DNA of 64,000 nucleotides from Deltaproteobacteria bacterium (lineage in GTDB: Bacteria; Desulfobacterota; Binatia; HRBIN30; JACQVA1): positions 10,625 through 74,624 of the forward strand of contig JACQVA010000008.1 of the NCBI GenBank assembly GCA_016210005.1. Reading direction: 5' to 3'. The first letter of the stretch is position 1. The number at the start of each line of letters is the position of its first letter. Under the pieces are notes generated by a model. That model ran no database searches, had not been told where the DNA came from, and saw only the letters and a program-made list of their open reading frames with translations. Shown here one piece after another: positions 50,101 to 59,250 of this stretch. The translations under genes were made by a program, and so were the position numbers.

Positions 50101-51300
50101 CCCCTATTTGTCCAGCCGACAGGTGCAGACGGAATCTTGGGCGGTGTGGGCTTTGCTGACGATGACCTCCGGCTTCAGGCTTGGCGCAGCCCCGCAGTGG
50201 ATGCCGGCGCACTCGACGCGGCCGACATGGCGCTCAGTGACGGTGTTGCCCGGAGTGATGGCGTTCGCGACAGCGGGCGCGCCGATCTCGGGTTCCACTA
50301 TGACGTCCTCGGGCCGCTCGCCGATACGGCGCAGCCCGCGGTGACGCTCTACGTCCGGGCGCAGGCAGGGGACGACCGGAACGACGGTCGCACGCCGGCC
50401 TCTGCCTTGCGGACGGTGGCGCGCGCCGCTGCCCAAGCGGGTGCCGGGACCCGGGTCTTCATTGGCACCGGGGTGTACCGTGAAGGGAATCTGCGGCCGG
50501 CTGGCAGCGGAACGGCGACAAATCCGATTGTGTTCGTCGGGGATTCTACCGGCGTCGAGACCGGTGACGGGCCGGGCGAGGTGTTGATCGATGCGACCGG
50601 ATGGAGCACGGGTTTTCGGCTGGTGGGTGGCGGGTATGTCAGATTGGAGAATCTGAGCGTTACCGGGGCGGCTAGCGCGGGCATCCTGGGCCATGCGATT
50701 GCTGGGCTCGAGTTGGCAAACTGCAAGGTGTTCTCCAACCGCAGCACGGGCGTGGCGCTGTGGCGCGTGCGCGGCGCCAGCACGGTTTTCAATAACTTAG
50801 TGTACGCCAACGGTGGCGACGGGGTGCAGCTGCGCTTGCGGCGAGAGCGTGCGGGGGCGGTGCGGCTGGCCAACAACACGGTCTATGGGAACGGCGGCCG
50901 CGGGGTATGGGTCGAGCGCTCGGGGCCGTCGCGCCGCCAAAGTGCTGTGCTGATCGCGCATAACATCATGCACAGCAATGCCGTTGACCTCGTTGTAGCC
51001 TCGCGCCGCGCTACCGGGCTCCGGCTGTTGCCGAACCTGTTGTCTCAGGCGCCAGCTGGCGACATTAGGGATGGGGGACTGCTGGTGAGCCCCCAGCTGT
51101 TTGCTGTGCCAGCCGGCGCCGACGGTGTACTTGGCGGGGCCGGCTTCGCCGACGACGACTTTCGCGTGGAGGCGACTTCCCGCGCCATCGACGCCGGGGT
51201 GGACGGTGCGGCAACCTGGGCTCTGGCTGAGACAACTGTTCGCCATGACGAGCTAGCGGACGAGGGTCTGATTGATCTTGGTTATCACTACCCACGCTGA
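47167..51300 (+). CDS. Secreted protein of 1377 aa composed of four tandem right-handed parallel beta-helix modules.
   Basis: Signal peptide MIDRYGKSLLLAVALLGLSAPMVQA. Four modules of about 340 aa each begin with a related motif (LFVRTTGDDGADGLSPATALQSIRSAV / IFVRITGSDSNGG..ALRTIGAAAA / LFVAVDGDNGDGRTPANAFSTIRAAA / LYVRAQAGDDRNDGRTPASALRTVARAAA). Each is followed by NN..N.. turns and ends with ...LGGAGFADDDFRL. Confidence 0.85.
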   Translation: MIDRYGKSLLLAVALLGLSAPMVQAAPVLFVRTTGDDGADGLSPATALQSIRSAVQRLSESGGQVIVGPGTYVEGDISPRTLAGPGLLRPDALEIIADRDGRLTSELPGPVIVDAGVAGKPTGFVLLGESNIRIDGFHVRGASDAGIQVRFNTAAGTPSADVTIINCVAFANEKRGIDVRDADRVTVANNLTYNNGSTGISVGGGIRGSADAVIMQNTSVGNGIYGIFVGDGNQSAVASSNVIVLSNVTAYNGVAGIKAAPASQRTYGSAFNVSADAFEPVTSQDPTDLAADPLLANPAGAPGGLGGGELADDDFRLRAGSPALDYGPADATTVGITGSAAVDGGPDDGTVDAGYHQSNTATQLVVPAIPLVPIFVRITGSDSNGGGTADQALRTIGAAAARARAGNRVVVGAGEYREGDISLLDQSGTKHRPVEFVADHDGIWTGDQGAVIIDATGWQTAFNLLGSRYVKIDGFSVTGGRDSGIQIRARATVDGLHGADNVTVINSLVFSNGGSGILVRDSAEAAIYNNLVYANATGGVAIGGLEVGSPRARVANNTVYQNGGHGILIGSRGDQDRRGSPGALVLNNILDRNGGRSLLVTPLSLRDFSATANLDGDIVGAIGFVNPAGADGQLGGAGFLDDDFRLQQRSAGQETTSVAVDYSAGMAAPMGLHFGSTRTDLVGDEGLADAGFHYRRVGQRPVLGTLATLQARLAGVNANRLLFVAVDGDNGDGRTPANAFSTIRAAARVAMPGDTIVVAPGRYAEGDVSFNNSGTVLQPIAVVADSSGALSGTAPGRVVVDATGYDTGFVLLRRSFIQIRGFYISGAREAGIQVRACSGDGSLCATRAGSDHVTIAGNVIYSSRRGIDVIDSSDAVIFNNLIYANESTGVTVIGEVRSADGTQVTNNTLYRNGGDALLLAGTLGAPNASVVNNLIQGSGLLGVKAKPEARPTLVLSHNINLDGASAGTPPDPDDRGMDPLFVQPTGADGILGGVGFADDDLRLQAWRSPAVDAGALDAADMALSDGVARSDGVRDSGRADLGFHYDVLGPLADTAQPAVTLYVRAQAGDDRNDGRTPASALRTVARAAAQAGAGTRVFIGTGVYREGNLRPAGSGTATNPIVFVGDSTGVETGDGPGEVLIDATGWSTGFRLVGGGYVRLENLSVTGAASAGILGHAIAGLELANCKVFSNRSTGVALWRVRGASTVFNNLVYANGGDGVQLRLRRERAGAVRLANNTVYGNGGRGVWVERSGPSRRQSAVLIAHNIMHSNAVDLVVASRRATGLRLLPNLLSQAPAGDIRDGGLLVSPQLFAVPAGADGVLGGAGFADDDFRVEATSRAIDAGVDGAATWALAETTVRHDELADEGLIDLGYHYPR

Positions 51301-51304
51301 AACA

Positions 51305-52462
51305 ATGCCGAAGATCCGTATAGTCTACGCCATCAAGTCGATGCCGGTCGGGGGTAGCCAGACGCATTTGGTACAGGTGCTGCGGCTGCTCGACCGCCGG
51401 CGCTTCGAGCCGTCGCTGTACTGTCTGACGGGCGAGGGCGTGCTGCTCGACACCGTCCGTTCGCTCGGGTTGCCGGTGGTTGATGGCCGAGTGGGGCAGG
51501 GCTTTCGCGGCCATCGGGCGGCGGCGGCGGTGTGGCGGTTGGCGCGCTACCTGCGGCGCGAACGAGCCGACGTCGTACACAATTACTTGCTGCGCGCCAA
51601 CGCCATCGGCTCGATGGCGGCGCGGCTGGCGCAGGTGCCGGTCATGCTGTGTAGCAAACGCGGCTGTCATGAACGCAAAGGCTTGGAACTAGCCGGTGCC
51701 AAGCTGGGGAACTGGTTGGCCGATTGCGTCACGGTCAACGCCGAGGCCGTGCGCGACTTTGTTGCCGACAACGAAGGCTGTCCGCGACAAAAGATGGTGG
51801 TCATCCCTAGCGGGGTGGATACGCAACGCTTCCAGCCGCTGGCGGTGGCAGACTACAAGACGGCGCTGGGAGTTGACCCGCAGCGCCTGGTCGTCGGCAT
51901 CGTGACCCGGATGCGGGTGCGCAAAGGGGTCGAGGAATTCCTGCGCGCGATGGTGCGGGTGCGCCAGCAGCTGCCGGCCGCGCACGCGGTGATCGTCGGC
52001 GAGGTCGAGCTTGACGACGACTTGCAACGCCTGGTGGCTGACAGCGGGCTGACCGACCACCTCACCCTGCTCGGGCGCCGCGGCGATATGCCCGAGGTGC
52101 TCTCGGCTTTCGATGTCTTCGTGTTGTCATCCCACGACGAAGGCATGTCCAATGCCATCCTCGAAGCGATGGCGATGGAGAAGCCGGTGGTGGCCACCGA
52201 CGTCGGCGGTACGGGTGAAGTTGTGCGCCACGGGCAGACCGGCCTGCTGGTGCCGCCCAAGGAGCCGCTGCCGCTGGCCGCGGCGATCATTGATGTGCTG
52301 GCGGCCCCGCAGCGCGCACGCGAGATGGGCCGCCTCGGCCGTCGCGTTGTCGACGAGCGCTTCTCGGCGAACGCCATGGTGCGGCAGATGGAAGACCTCT
52401 ACGTTCGGTTGCTGCGCCAGCGGGGTGCGGCGTTGGCGCAAGCCGCGGCGATCGCAAGCTGA
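51305..52462 (+). CDS. Glycosyltransferase family 4.
   Basis: N-terminus MPKIRIVYAIKSMPVGGSQTHLVQ; C-terminal EGMSNAILEAMAMEKPVVATDVGG. Confidence 0.85.
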   Translation: MPKIRIVYAIKSMPVGGSQTHLVQVLRLLDRRRFEPSLYCLTGEGVLLDTVRSLGLPVVDGRVGQGFRGHRAAAAVWRLARYLRRERADVVHNYLLRANAIGSMAARLAQVPVMLCSKRGCHERKGLELAGAKLGNWLADCVTVNAEAVRDFVADNEGCPRQKMVVIPSGVDTQRFQPLAVADYKTALGVDPQRLVVGIVTRMRVRKGVEEFLRAMVRVRQQLPAAHAVIVGEVELDDDLQRLVADSGLTDHLTLLGRRGDMPEVLSAFDVFVLSSHDEGMSNAILEAMAMEKPVVATDVGGTGEVVRHGQTGLLVPPKEPLPLAAAIIDVLAAPQRAREMGRLGRRVVDERFSANAMVRQMEDLYVRLLRQRGAALAQAAAIAS

Positions 52463-52521
52463 AACCGGGCGGGACAGCGGTAGGCAATCCCACACACACT
52501 TCGTTGAGCAGGAAGAGGGCA

Positions 52522-53901
52522 ATGGCTTCGCAACAGTTGAACATCGTGCTGGTCGTTCTCGGCGGCGTACGTGCCGACCACCTCTCGTGCTACGGCTATT
52601 CGCGCCCGACAACGCCGTTCCTTGACCAAGTGGCCCGCGAAGGCGTGCGTTTCCAGCGCTCGTTCGCCACCGCCTCGTGGAGTTTGCCTTCCCATGCCTC
52701 GCTGTTCACCGGCCTGTTCCCCTCCAGCCATGGTGCCACCGACGAACACCTCTTCCTGGCGCCGCGCCACGCGCTGCTGCCGGAGTGCTTGAAGGCGGTG
52801 GGATACCGCACGGCCATCTTCTCGACCGATACGTGGGTGAGCCCGGCGACCGGCTTTGCTCGTGGAGTGGACCACTTCGATACCCAAAGGTTGCCCAACC
52901 CGATCCTGCGCCGCGCCCAGAACTACCGGCGCGCGGTTACCGATCGCTTGCTGCGCCGCGCAGACGCGGGGGCGCGTCGCACCAATCAGGCGCTGCTGCG
53001 GTGGGTGGGGAACTCCGATCAGCCGTTTTTTGCCTTCGTGCATTACAACGAAGTGGGCCTGCGTGCTCACCTGCCCCGTCCCTATGACAAGAAGTTCCTG
53101 CCGCAAGGCGTAAGCGAGAAGCGCGTGCACAGTATCACCCAGCGCTACGACGAGTCCTTGTGCGGCTGTGCCGACATGACCGAGGAGGAGATTGCGATCT
53201 TGACTGCGCGCTACGACAACGGCCTGGCTTACGTCGATTTCCGTGCGCGCGAGATTGCCGAAGCGCTGCAGCGGGGTGGCCGGTGGGACGACACGCTCTT
53301 CATCGTTACAGCCGATCACGGTGAAGACCTCGGTGCGCATCGTAAGGTGGCGCCTAGCTGGGGACTGTACGACACGCAGGTGCGTGTCCCGCTCATCGTA
53401 CGCTGCCCAAGCGTGGTGCCGCAGGGTTTCGTGGTCGAGGAGTTTGCCCAGTCCTGCGACACCATGCCGACGGTGCTCGGGCTCGCAGGCGTTGCCGATG
53501 GTGCGCGTCGGATGCAGGGGCGGCCGCTGATCGCCGGCGGCCGGGCCACGCCGGGCCCGGCGTTTGTGGTCTCGGAGCAGTTTCGGCCGAATCTCGCCGC
53601 GCTGCGGCGTGCCGGGCGCGCCGATGCGCGGCCTTACGATGTGCGCAAGAAAGCCATCCGCACGATTCGCGAGAAGTTCATTTGGCATTCGGATGAAGCC
53701 AACGAGTTCTACGATCTAACCGCTGACCCGGGAGAAACCCACAACCTCATCGATCGCGAGGGCGGCCGTGCCGATGCCCTGCGCAAGCAGCTCTTCGATT
53801 GGCTGGCCCAGCTCGACAAGTTCGAGGGTGAGGAGAGCGTGTCCCGGGAGATGGGTGGGCTCGTGCGCGAGCAGCTACGCGGGCTCGGTCATGTGGCCTG
53901 A
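52522..53901 (+). CDS. Sulfatase-like (alkaline-phosphatase superfamily) enzyme, soluble.
   Basis: NIVLVVLGGVRADHLSCYGY. The active-site block SWSLPSHASLFTG follows the S-x-P-x-H pattern, with His where sulfatases have Arg. Confidence 0.75.
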   Translation: MASQQLNIVLVVLGGVRADHLSCYGYSRPTTPFLDQVAREGVRFQRSFATASWSLPSHASLFTGLFPSSHGATDEHLFLAPRHALLPECLKAVGYRTAIFSTDTWVSPATGFARGVDHFDTQRLPNPILRRAQNYRRAVTDRLLRRADAGARRTNQALLRWVGNSDQPFFAFVHYNEVGLRAHLPRPYDKKFLPQGVSEKRVHSITQRYDESLCGCADMTEEEIAILTARYDNGLAYVDFRAREIAEALQRGGRWDDTLFIVTADHGEDLGAHRKVAPSWGLYDTQVRVPLIVRCPSVVPQGFVVEEFAQSCDTMPTVLGLAGVADGARRMQGRPLIAGGRATPGPAFVVSEQFRPNLAALRRAGRADARPYDVRKKAIRTIREKFIWHSDEANEFYDLTADPGETHNLIDREGGRADALRKQLFDWLAQLDKFEGEESVSREMGGLVREQLRGLGHVA

Positions 53902-53913
53902 GCCAATGCGCCG

Positions 53914-55590
53914 GTGGTCGCGGGCGTGAGGGAACACGGCGTGCGTGATCCTTGGCTGCTGGTCGTACTGGCGCTCAGCGCCAGCCTCGGGCTCTACCAA
54001 CTCACGTGGGGGCTGCCCAATGGCGATCACTCGTGGGCCGCCGACGCGCTCGGGCCGGTGACCGTGCTCGGGATCGTGCGCCGCTCGCTCGCCGAATGGA
54101 ATTCGGGATGGTTCTACTTCAAGTACCCCGTGGGCTATCCCCTGATGCTGTTCGCGGTCTCGGCACCGTACCTGGCGTGGCTGTTTGTGAGCGGGCAGCT
54201 GCGGCAGCCCAAGGCCGTCTATCCCTACGGCTTCAGCGATCCGGAAAACGCGCTCTACGCCATGGCGCTGCTCGGGAGATGCCTGAGCGTGATTTGCCTG
54301 GTGGCAACGGTGGCGCTGACCTACGATATCGGCCGGCGGCTGTTCGGCCGTACCGCCGGCCGCTTGGCGGCGTGGTTTGTCGCCAGTGCCTATCCGGTGC
54401 TCTACTACGCTCACACCACCAACTTAGACGCGGCCTACCTCTGCTGGCTGGCGCTGGCATTGTGGGCCGCGGTGGTGGCGGCCGAGGGCGAGCGGCGCTG
54501 GCCCTATGTCGCGCTCGGCATCGCCGCCGCGATGGCGGTCTCGACCAAGGAGCAGGCGTTTGCCTTCCTGCTGCCGCTGCCGCTGGTTATCGCCGTGCGC
54601 CGGTATCGGGCGCAGCCGGCCGCGCTCGGCGGTGCGCAGCGCTGGGCCACTGCGCTGTGGAACCGCGGCACCCGCGCTGGGCTGACGGCTACGATGCTGG
54701 CCTTGACGATCGGCAGTAACGTGGCGTGGAACCCGAGCGGGTTCGTCAATCGGATTCGCTACCTCAGCGGCCAGCAGATCCCCGGGGTGTCCGCGCGCCT
54801 GGCACCGGTGGAGTTCGGGCTCTTCAAAGGGGCTGACAAGGAGTGGCAGTACTTGCAGCAGCTTTACGACGCAATCGAGAGCAGCCTGGGCCTGCCGCTG
54901 GTACTCACCAGTGCGGCCGGAGTGGTCTACGTGGCACTCAGGTACCGCTCGGCTGCGGCCGCTTTGCTGTTGCCGGCGGCCGCCCAGTACTACCTTTCTC
55001 TGCGGACCCTCGACTTGATCACCCTGCGTTACACGCTGCCGCTGAGCTTGATCATCGCCTTGTGTGCCGGTGCGCTGTGCGCGGATGCGCTGGCCTCACC
55101 CGCGCGCTACCTGGCCGGGGCGGTGGTAGCTGGCCTGTGTGTGCTTGGCCTGGCGCGAGCGATCGAGTTGGATCTGCTGCTGCGTGATGATCCGCGCTAC
55201 TACGCCGAGGCCTGGTTGCGCCGCAACGTGGCGGCTGCCAGCGCGGTGGAAGTATACCAGAAGCCGGTGTATTTGCCGCGGCTGCGCGGCCTGAACGCTC
55301 GAACGGTGGCACTCGAAGAGCGCACGCTCGCGGGCTTGTCACAACGGCGGCCCGACTTCATCGTTACCAGCTCGGCGGCGAAGAAAGGTATCACCCACCG
55401 CTGGCGTACCGACTGGCGCCAGGGACTGCTGGAGCCGGGCGCCGGCGCCCCGGACTTCCTGCGGGCGCTTGAATCCGAGCAGCTCCCCTACCGTGCGGTG
55501 GCGCGCTTTCGCCAGCAGCCGGCGCTGCTGCGCGTGCGCATTACCAGCCTGTGCCCGGAGATCACCGTCTTCGCGCGAAGCAACCCATGA
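53914..55590 (+). CDS. GT-C-fold membrane glycosyltransferase (family-39 / ArnT-PMT-like).
   Basis: Multi-TM N-terminal half with a conserved early loop (..YFKYPVGYPLM..), then a C-terminal soluble domain. Confidence 0.6.
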   Translation: MVAGVREHGVRDPWLLVVLALSASLGLYQLTWGLPNGDHSWAADALGPVTVLGIVRRSLAEWNSGWFYFKYPVGYPLMLFAVSAPYLAWLFVSGQLRQPKAVYPYGFSDPENALYAMALLGRCLSVICLVATVALTYDIGRRLFGRTAGRLAAWFVASAYPVLYYAHTTNLDAAYLCWLALALWAAVVAAEGERRWPYVALGIAAAMAVSTKEQAFAFLLPLPLVIAVRRYRAQPAALGGAQRWATALWNRGTRAGLTATMLALTIGSNVAWNPSGFVNRIRYLSGQQIPGVSARLAPVEFGLFKGADKEWQYLQQLYDAIESSLGLPLVLTSAAGVVYVALRYRSAAAALLLPAAAQYYLSLRTLDLITLRYTLPLSLIIALCAGALCADALASPARYLAGAVVAGLCVLGLARAIELDLLLRDDPRYYAEAWLRRNVAAASAVEVYQKPVYLPRLRGLNARTVALEERTLAGLSQRRPDFIVTSSAAKKGITHRWRTDWRQGLLEPGAGAPDFLRALESEQLPYRAVARFRQQPALLRVRITSLCPEITVFARSNP

Positions 55591-55594
55591 TATT

Positions 55595-57013
55595 ATGATC
55601 TTCAACTCACTGGCGTTCTTGATTTTCTTACCCGTCGTGCTGGTGCTGGTGGCGACCCTGCCCAAGCGCTGGCGCAACGCCATGTTGCTGGTGGCCAGCT
55701 ACATCTTTTACGGCTATTGGGATTGGCGCTTCGTCGGGCTGCTGTTCGCGACCACTGTGGTGGACTTCTGGGTCGGGCAGCACATCTACGCCACCAATGA
55801 TCGCTTGCGCCGCCGGCGGATCCTACTGCTGAGCCTGGGGGTCAACCTCGGGGCACTCGGGTTCTTCAAGTACTTCAACTTCTTCATTTACTCCGCGGCG
55901 GCCGCGCTGCAGTCGGTCGGGCTCCATGGTTCGATTCCGACGCTCTCGATCATTCTGCCGGTGGGGATTTCCTTTTACGTCTTTCAGTCGATGTCGTACA
56001 CCATCGACATCTATCGGCGCGAGATGGAGCCGGCGCAGAGCTTCTGGGATTTCGCCCTCTACGTCGCTTACTTCCCCCAACTAGTCGCCGGCCCGATCGA
56101 GCGTGCCACCCACCTGCTGCCGCAAATCGTCAACCCCGGCCGCTTCTCGCCCGAGCGCGCCAACATCGCCGTGGTATTGATCATTGTCGGCTTCGCCAAG
56201 AAGGTGTTGATCGCTGACAACCTGGCACCGGAGGTCGAGCGCATCTTTTCCGATCCCGGTCACATGAGCAGTGGGGAGCTATTACGGGGCGCCTACTACT
56301 TCGCCTTCCAGATCTACGGTGACTTCGCCGGCTATTCCGATATCGCGCGCGGCGTCAGTGAGTTGCTCGGGATTCGACTGATGTTCAATTTCAACCAACC
56401 CTACCTCTCACAATCAATCACCGAGTTCTGGCGCCGCTGGCACATCTCCCTTTCCACCTGGCTGCGCGACTACCTCTACGTGCCGCTGGGCGGCAACCGC
56501 TTGGGCGAGTGGAAGACCTATCGCAACTTGATGCTGACCATGCTGATCGGCGGGCTGTGGCACGGGGCGAACTGGACCTTTGTCGCCTGGGGCGGCATCA
56601 ACGGGCTGTATCTGGCGGTGGAGCGCCGGCTTGGCATCGGCCGCGGGTTGTCCGCCGCCGAGGCCAATCCGGCGCTGCAATGGGTCGGTCGCGTGGCCCT
56701 AACGTTGCTGACGTTCCACTTGGTAACGCTGACGTGGATCTTCTTTCGCGCGCCGAACTTCGGCGTCGCCTTCGAGTATCTTGCCGGCATCGCGCAATTG
56801 CGCGACCTGACGGCGATCGGAGTGTGGCCGTTCGCTGTCGCCGCGGCTCTCTTAGCCATCGACATTCCTCAGAATCGCTCCGGGGATCACGCGGTGTTTC
56901 TACGCATGCCGTGGTGGGTGCAATCTCCCGTCTATTGCGGCCTGGCGTTCGCGGTTTTGGGCCGGCTGCTCTGGGGCGGGAAGGAATTGCCGTTCATCTA
57001 CTTCCAGTTTTGA
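55595..57013 (+). CDS. MBOAT-family membrane O-acyltransferase (AlgI/DltB-like).
   Basis: MIFNSLAFLIFLPVV N-terminus; conserved His region WRRWHISLSTWLRDYLY. Confidence 0.85.
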   Translation: MIFNSLAFLIFLPVVLVLVATLPKRWRNAMLLVASYIFYGYWDWRFVGLLFATTVVDFWVGQHIYATNDRLRRRRILLLSLGVNLGALGFFKYFNFFIYSAAAALQSVGLHGSIPTLSIILPVGISFYVFQSMSYTIDIYRREMEPAQSFWDFALYVAYFPQLVAGPIERATHLLPQIVNPGRFSPERANIAVVLIIVGFAKKVLIADNLAPEVERIFSDPGHMSSGELLRGAYYFAFQIYGDFAGYSDIARGVSELLGIRLMFNFNQPYLSQSITEFWRRWHISLSTWLRDYLYVPLGGNRLGEWKTYRNLMLTMLIGGLWHGANWTFVAWGGINGLYLAVERRLGIGRGLSAAEANPALQWVGRVALTLLTFHLVTLTWIFFRAPNFGVAFEYLAGIAQLRDLTAIGVWPFAVAAALLAIDIPQNRSGDHAVFLRMPWWVQSPVYCGLAFAVLGRLLWGGKELPFIYFQF

Positions 57014-57030
57014 GGCAAGGAGCAAGCAAC

Positions 57031-57996
57031 GTGAAACAGTCGGCGGTCGTGAATACACCGGCTCGGCCAGGGACGATCGCGGCCTCTGCCGCCGTGGGTT
57101 GCCCGGTGTGCGGCGGGACGGAGTTTGGCGCGATGTTCGGCGGGGGCGCGCGGCCCACGGCGCGTCGCAACGCCGGGGCCTACCGCATCACGCAAAGCTC
57201 GCGCGCCTTGGTCGGCGCCATCCAGCGTTGCCGCAACTGCGGCTTGGGGCTGTTGCCGCCGGCGTTGGTTGACGCCGGCCACTACGAAGAGGGCTTCGAC
57301 GAGCGCTTTGCCGAACAGGCCCAGGTCCGTATCCGTAACGCCGAGCGGCTGCTCGAACTGTTGCCGCCGCCGGTGCCCGGAGCGCGCTTGCTCGATGTCG
57401 GCTGCGCCTACGGCTTTCTGCTCGCGGCGGCGCGCATCGAGGGCTACACCCCGGTCGGGGTCGAGCTGTCGCAACCGGCCGCCGAACACGCCCGCCAAGC
57501 TTACGGGGTCGAGGTGTTCAACGGCCCGGTGCAAGATGCGCCATTCCCGCCCGGAAGTTTCGACGTCATCACGCTCAGCGACGTGATCGAGCATTTCAGT
57601 GATCCTGCACCGGTGGTGGCACGACTGCACCAGTGGCTGCGCCCGAACGGGCGACTGCTCATCCTCACGCCGGATGCCGGCAGCGTGGTGGCCCGCCTGT
57701 TGGGCCGTCACTGGTGGGCCTTGCTGGATGATCACTACTGGTATTTCTCGCGTCCGACGCTGACCCGCTTCTTGGCGCAGCAAGGCTTTGCCGTCGAGCG
57801 GCTGCACTCTTTCGGGCGAGTATTTCCAATCGCGCATTGGGTGTTCAAGCTCAGCCAGTACAACGCCGGCGTGCACCGCCTGCTCGACCGAACCGTGCGC
57901 ATGTTGGGTTTGGCGGAGACGGAAGTGCCACTGAATCTCGGTGATCAGATGGCGTGTGTGGCGCGACGGACGGACCAGGGTAGGCCCAGGAGATAA
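57031..57996 (+). CDS. Class I SAM-dependent methyltransferase with an N-terminal Zn-ribbon (CxxC..CxxC).
   Basis: GTG start with an AAGGA RBS. CPVCGG...CRNCGL, then LLDVGCAYGFLL motif I. The track ORF N-terminal extension overlaps the MBOAT gene and is spurious. Confidence 0.75.
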   Translation: MKQSAVVNTPARPGTIAASAAVGCPVCGGTEFGAMFGGGARPTARRNAGAYRITQSSRALVGAIQRCRNCGLGLLPPALVDAGHYEEGFDERFAEQAQVRIRNAERLLELLPPPVPGARLLDVGCAYGFLLAAARIEGYTPVGVELSQPAAEHARQAYGVEVFNGPVQDAPFPPGSFDVITLSDVIEHFSDPAPVVARLHQWLRPNGRLLILTPDAGSVVARLLGRHWWALLDDHYWYFSRPTLTRFLAQQGFAVERLHSFGRVFPIAHWVFKLSQYNAGVHRLLDRTVRMLGLAETEVPLNLGDQMACVARRTDQGRPRR

Positions 57997-57997
57997 G

Positions 57998-59236
57998 ATG
58001 GCGGTCGAAGCAGCTCGATCTTCAGCGCGGCGGACAGAGCGCGAGGACCAAACCCCCGCGGCGACGCTCCAAGCGGCGGCGCGCCATAGTGCGCGGCGCC
58101 GTGATCCCGGCGTCACCAGCTTGCGTGATTACATTGACTACCTGACGCCTAAGCGAGTGGGTAAGTTGCTCTTCGGCGTGGCGGTCAGCCTGATAGTCGG
58201 CGAGGTTAGCCTGTACTGGCTGACGCCGATGGAGGAATTCCTGCCCAAAGACATTGTGACCAAGGATGCCGAGTTGGGCTTTCGAATGGTGCCCAACTAC
58301 GTCGGGACGATGGTGGTGAAGGAAAACGCCACCCCGTTCTCGTTGCCGTTGCTGACCAACTCTTGGGGGCTGCGCGACCGCGAGTACGGCGAGCGTCCGG
58401 CCGGCGGCATGCGGGTCTACGTCATCGGCGACTCGATGATATTCGGCTACGGTGTGCCGGTGGAACAGACCTTCACGCGGTTCCTGGAGAAATCGCTGCA
58501 GCAGCAGCTGGGGCGTCCGATCGAGGCCGTTAATGGCGGCGTGCCCGGCTATGGGACGGGGGAGGAGTTGGGCTTCTTCGAAAGAACCGCCGATACCGTC
58601 AAACCGGATGTCGTCTTGCTGGCCTTCAACGTCTTCAACGACGTGGACGAGAACATCAACTTCACCGCCGCGGCGCACAAGGCGTCGCGTTTGCCGAGCT
58701 GGTTGGACGAGGTGCGGTTATGGTTGCGCCAGCGCAGCCAGCTGTATTTGCTGGTGCGCCGCTACAAGGCGGCGGCGCGCACCGAACGGATCCTGCAAGT
58801 CCATCGAGTCGAGCCGCCGGCGCGAATCGTCAAAGGTTTGGCCACAACCGAAGACCTGCTGGCGCGTTTCGCGCAAGCCGCAGCCAGTCGCGGCGTTCGC
58901 TTCGCGGTGGTGCTGATTCCCAACTACCGTCAAGTGTTCCCGACGGTGTGGGCGCAGATGGTGGCCAAGCAGGGACAGGCCGCCGCCGCCTTCGATCCGC
59001 AGCAGCCCAACGCCCGGCTGACGGCGGCGCTGCATGCGCGCGGCATTCCGGTCATTGACCTGCTCCCGGTGCTGCGCGCGCACGTCGACGATGCCCTGTA
59101 CTACAGCGTCCATTGGAAGGCGCCCGGGCACGAGCTGGTCGCCAAGACCGTGGCGGATTTCATGCTCGGGAGCGGATTGCTCGCTCCCGCCCCGGCGGTG
59201 TCAGCAACCGCGGCGGCGGCACCCGATCATACGTGA
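57998..59236 (+). CDS. SGNH/GDSL-family protein (AlgJ/AlgX-like).
   Basis: ATG with an AGGAG RBS; RVYVIGDSMIFGYGV (GDS block); signal-anchor TM. Confidence 0.7.
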   Translation: MAVEAARSSARRTEREDQTPAATLQAAARHSARRRDPGVTSLRDYIDYLTPKRVGKLLFGVAVSLIVGEVSLYWLTPMEEFLPKDIVTKDAELGFRMVPNYVGTMVVKENATPFSLPLLTNSWGLRDREYGERPAGGMRVYVIGDSMIFGYGVPVEQTFTRFLEKSLQQQLGRPIEAVNGGVPGYGTGEELGFFERTADTVKPDVVLLAFNVFNDVDENINFTAAAHKASRLPSWLDEVRLWLRQRSQLYLLVRRYKAAARTERILQVHRVEPPARIVKGLATTEDLLARFAQAAASRGVRFAVVLIPNYRQVFPTVWAQMVAKQGQAAAAFDPQQPNARLTAALHARGIPVIDLLPVLRAHVDDALYYSVHWKAPGHELVAKTVADFMLGSGLLAPAPAVSATAAAAPDHT

Positions 59237-59250
59237 ACAAGGAGCACGCG

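Noticed and set aside
56509-57030. N-terminal extension of track ORF 56509..57996.
   Set aside because: It overlaps the MBOAT gene in another frame and looks spurious. The methyltransferase starts at the GTG at 57031, preceded by an AAGGA RBS.
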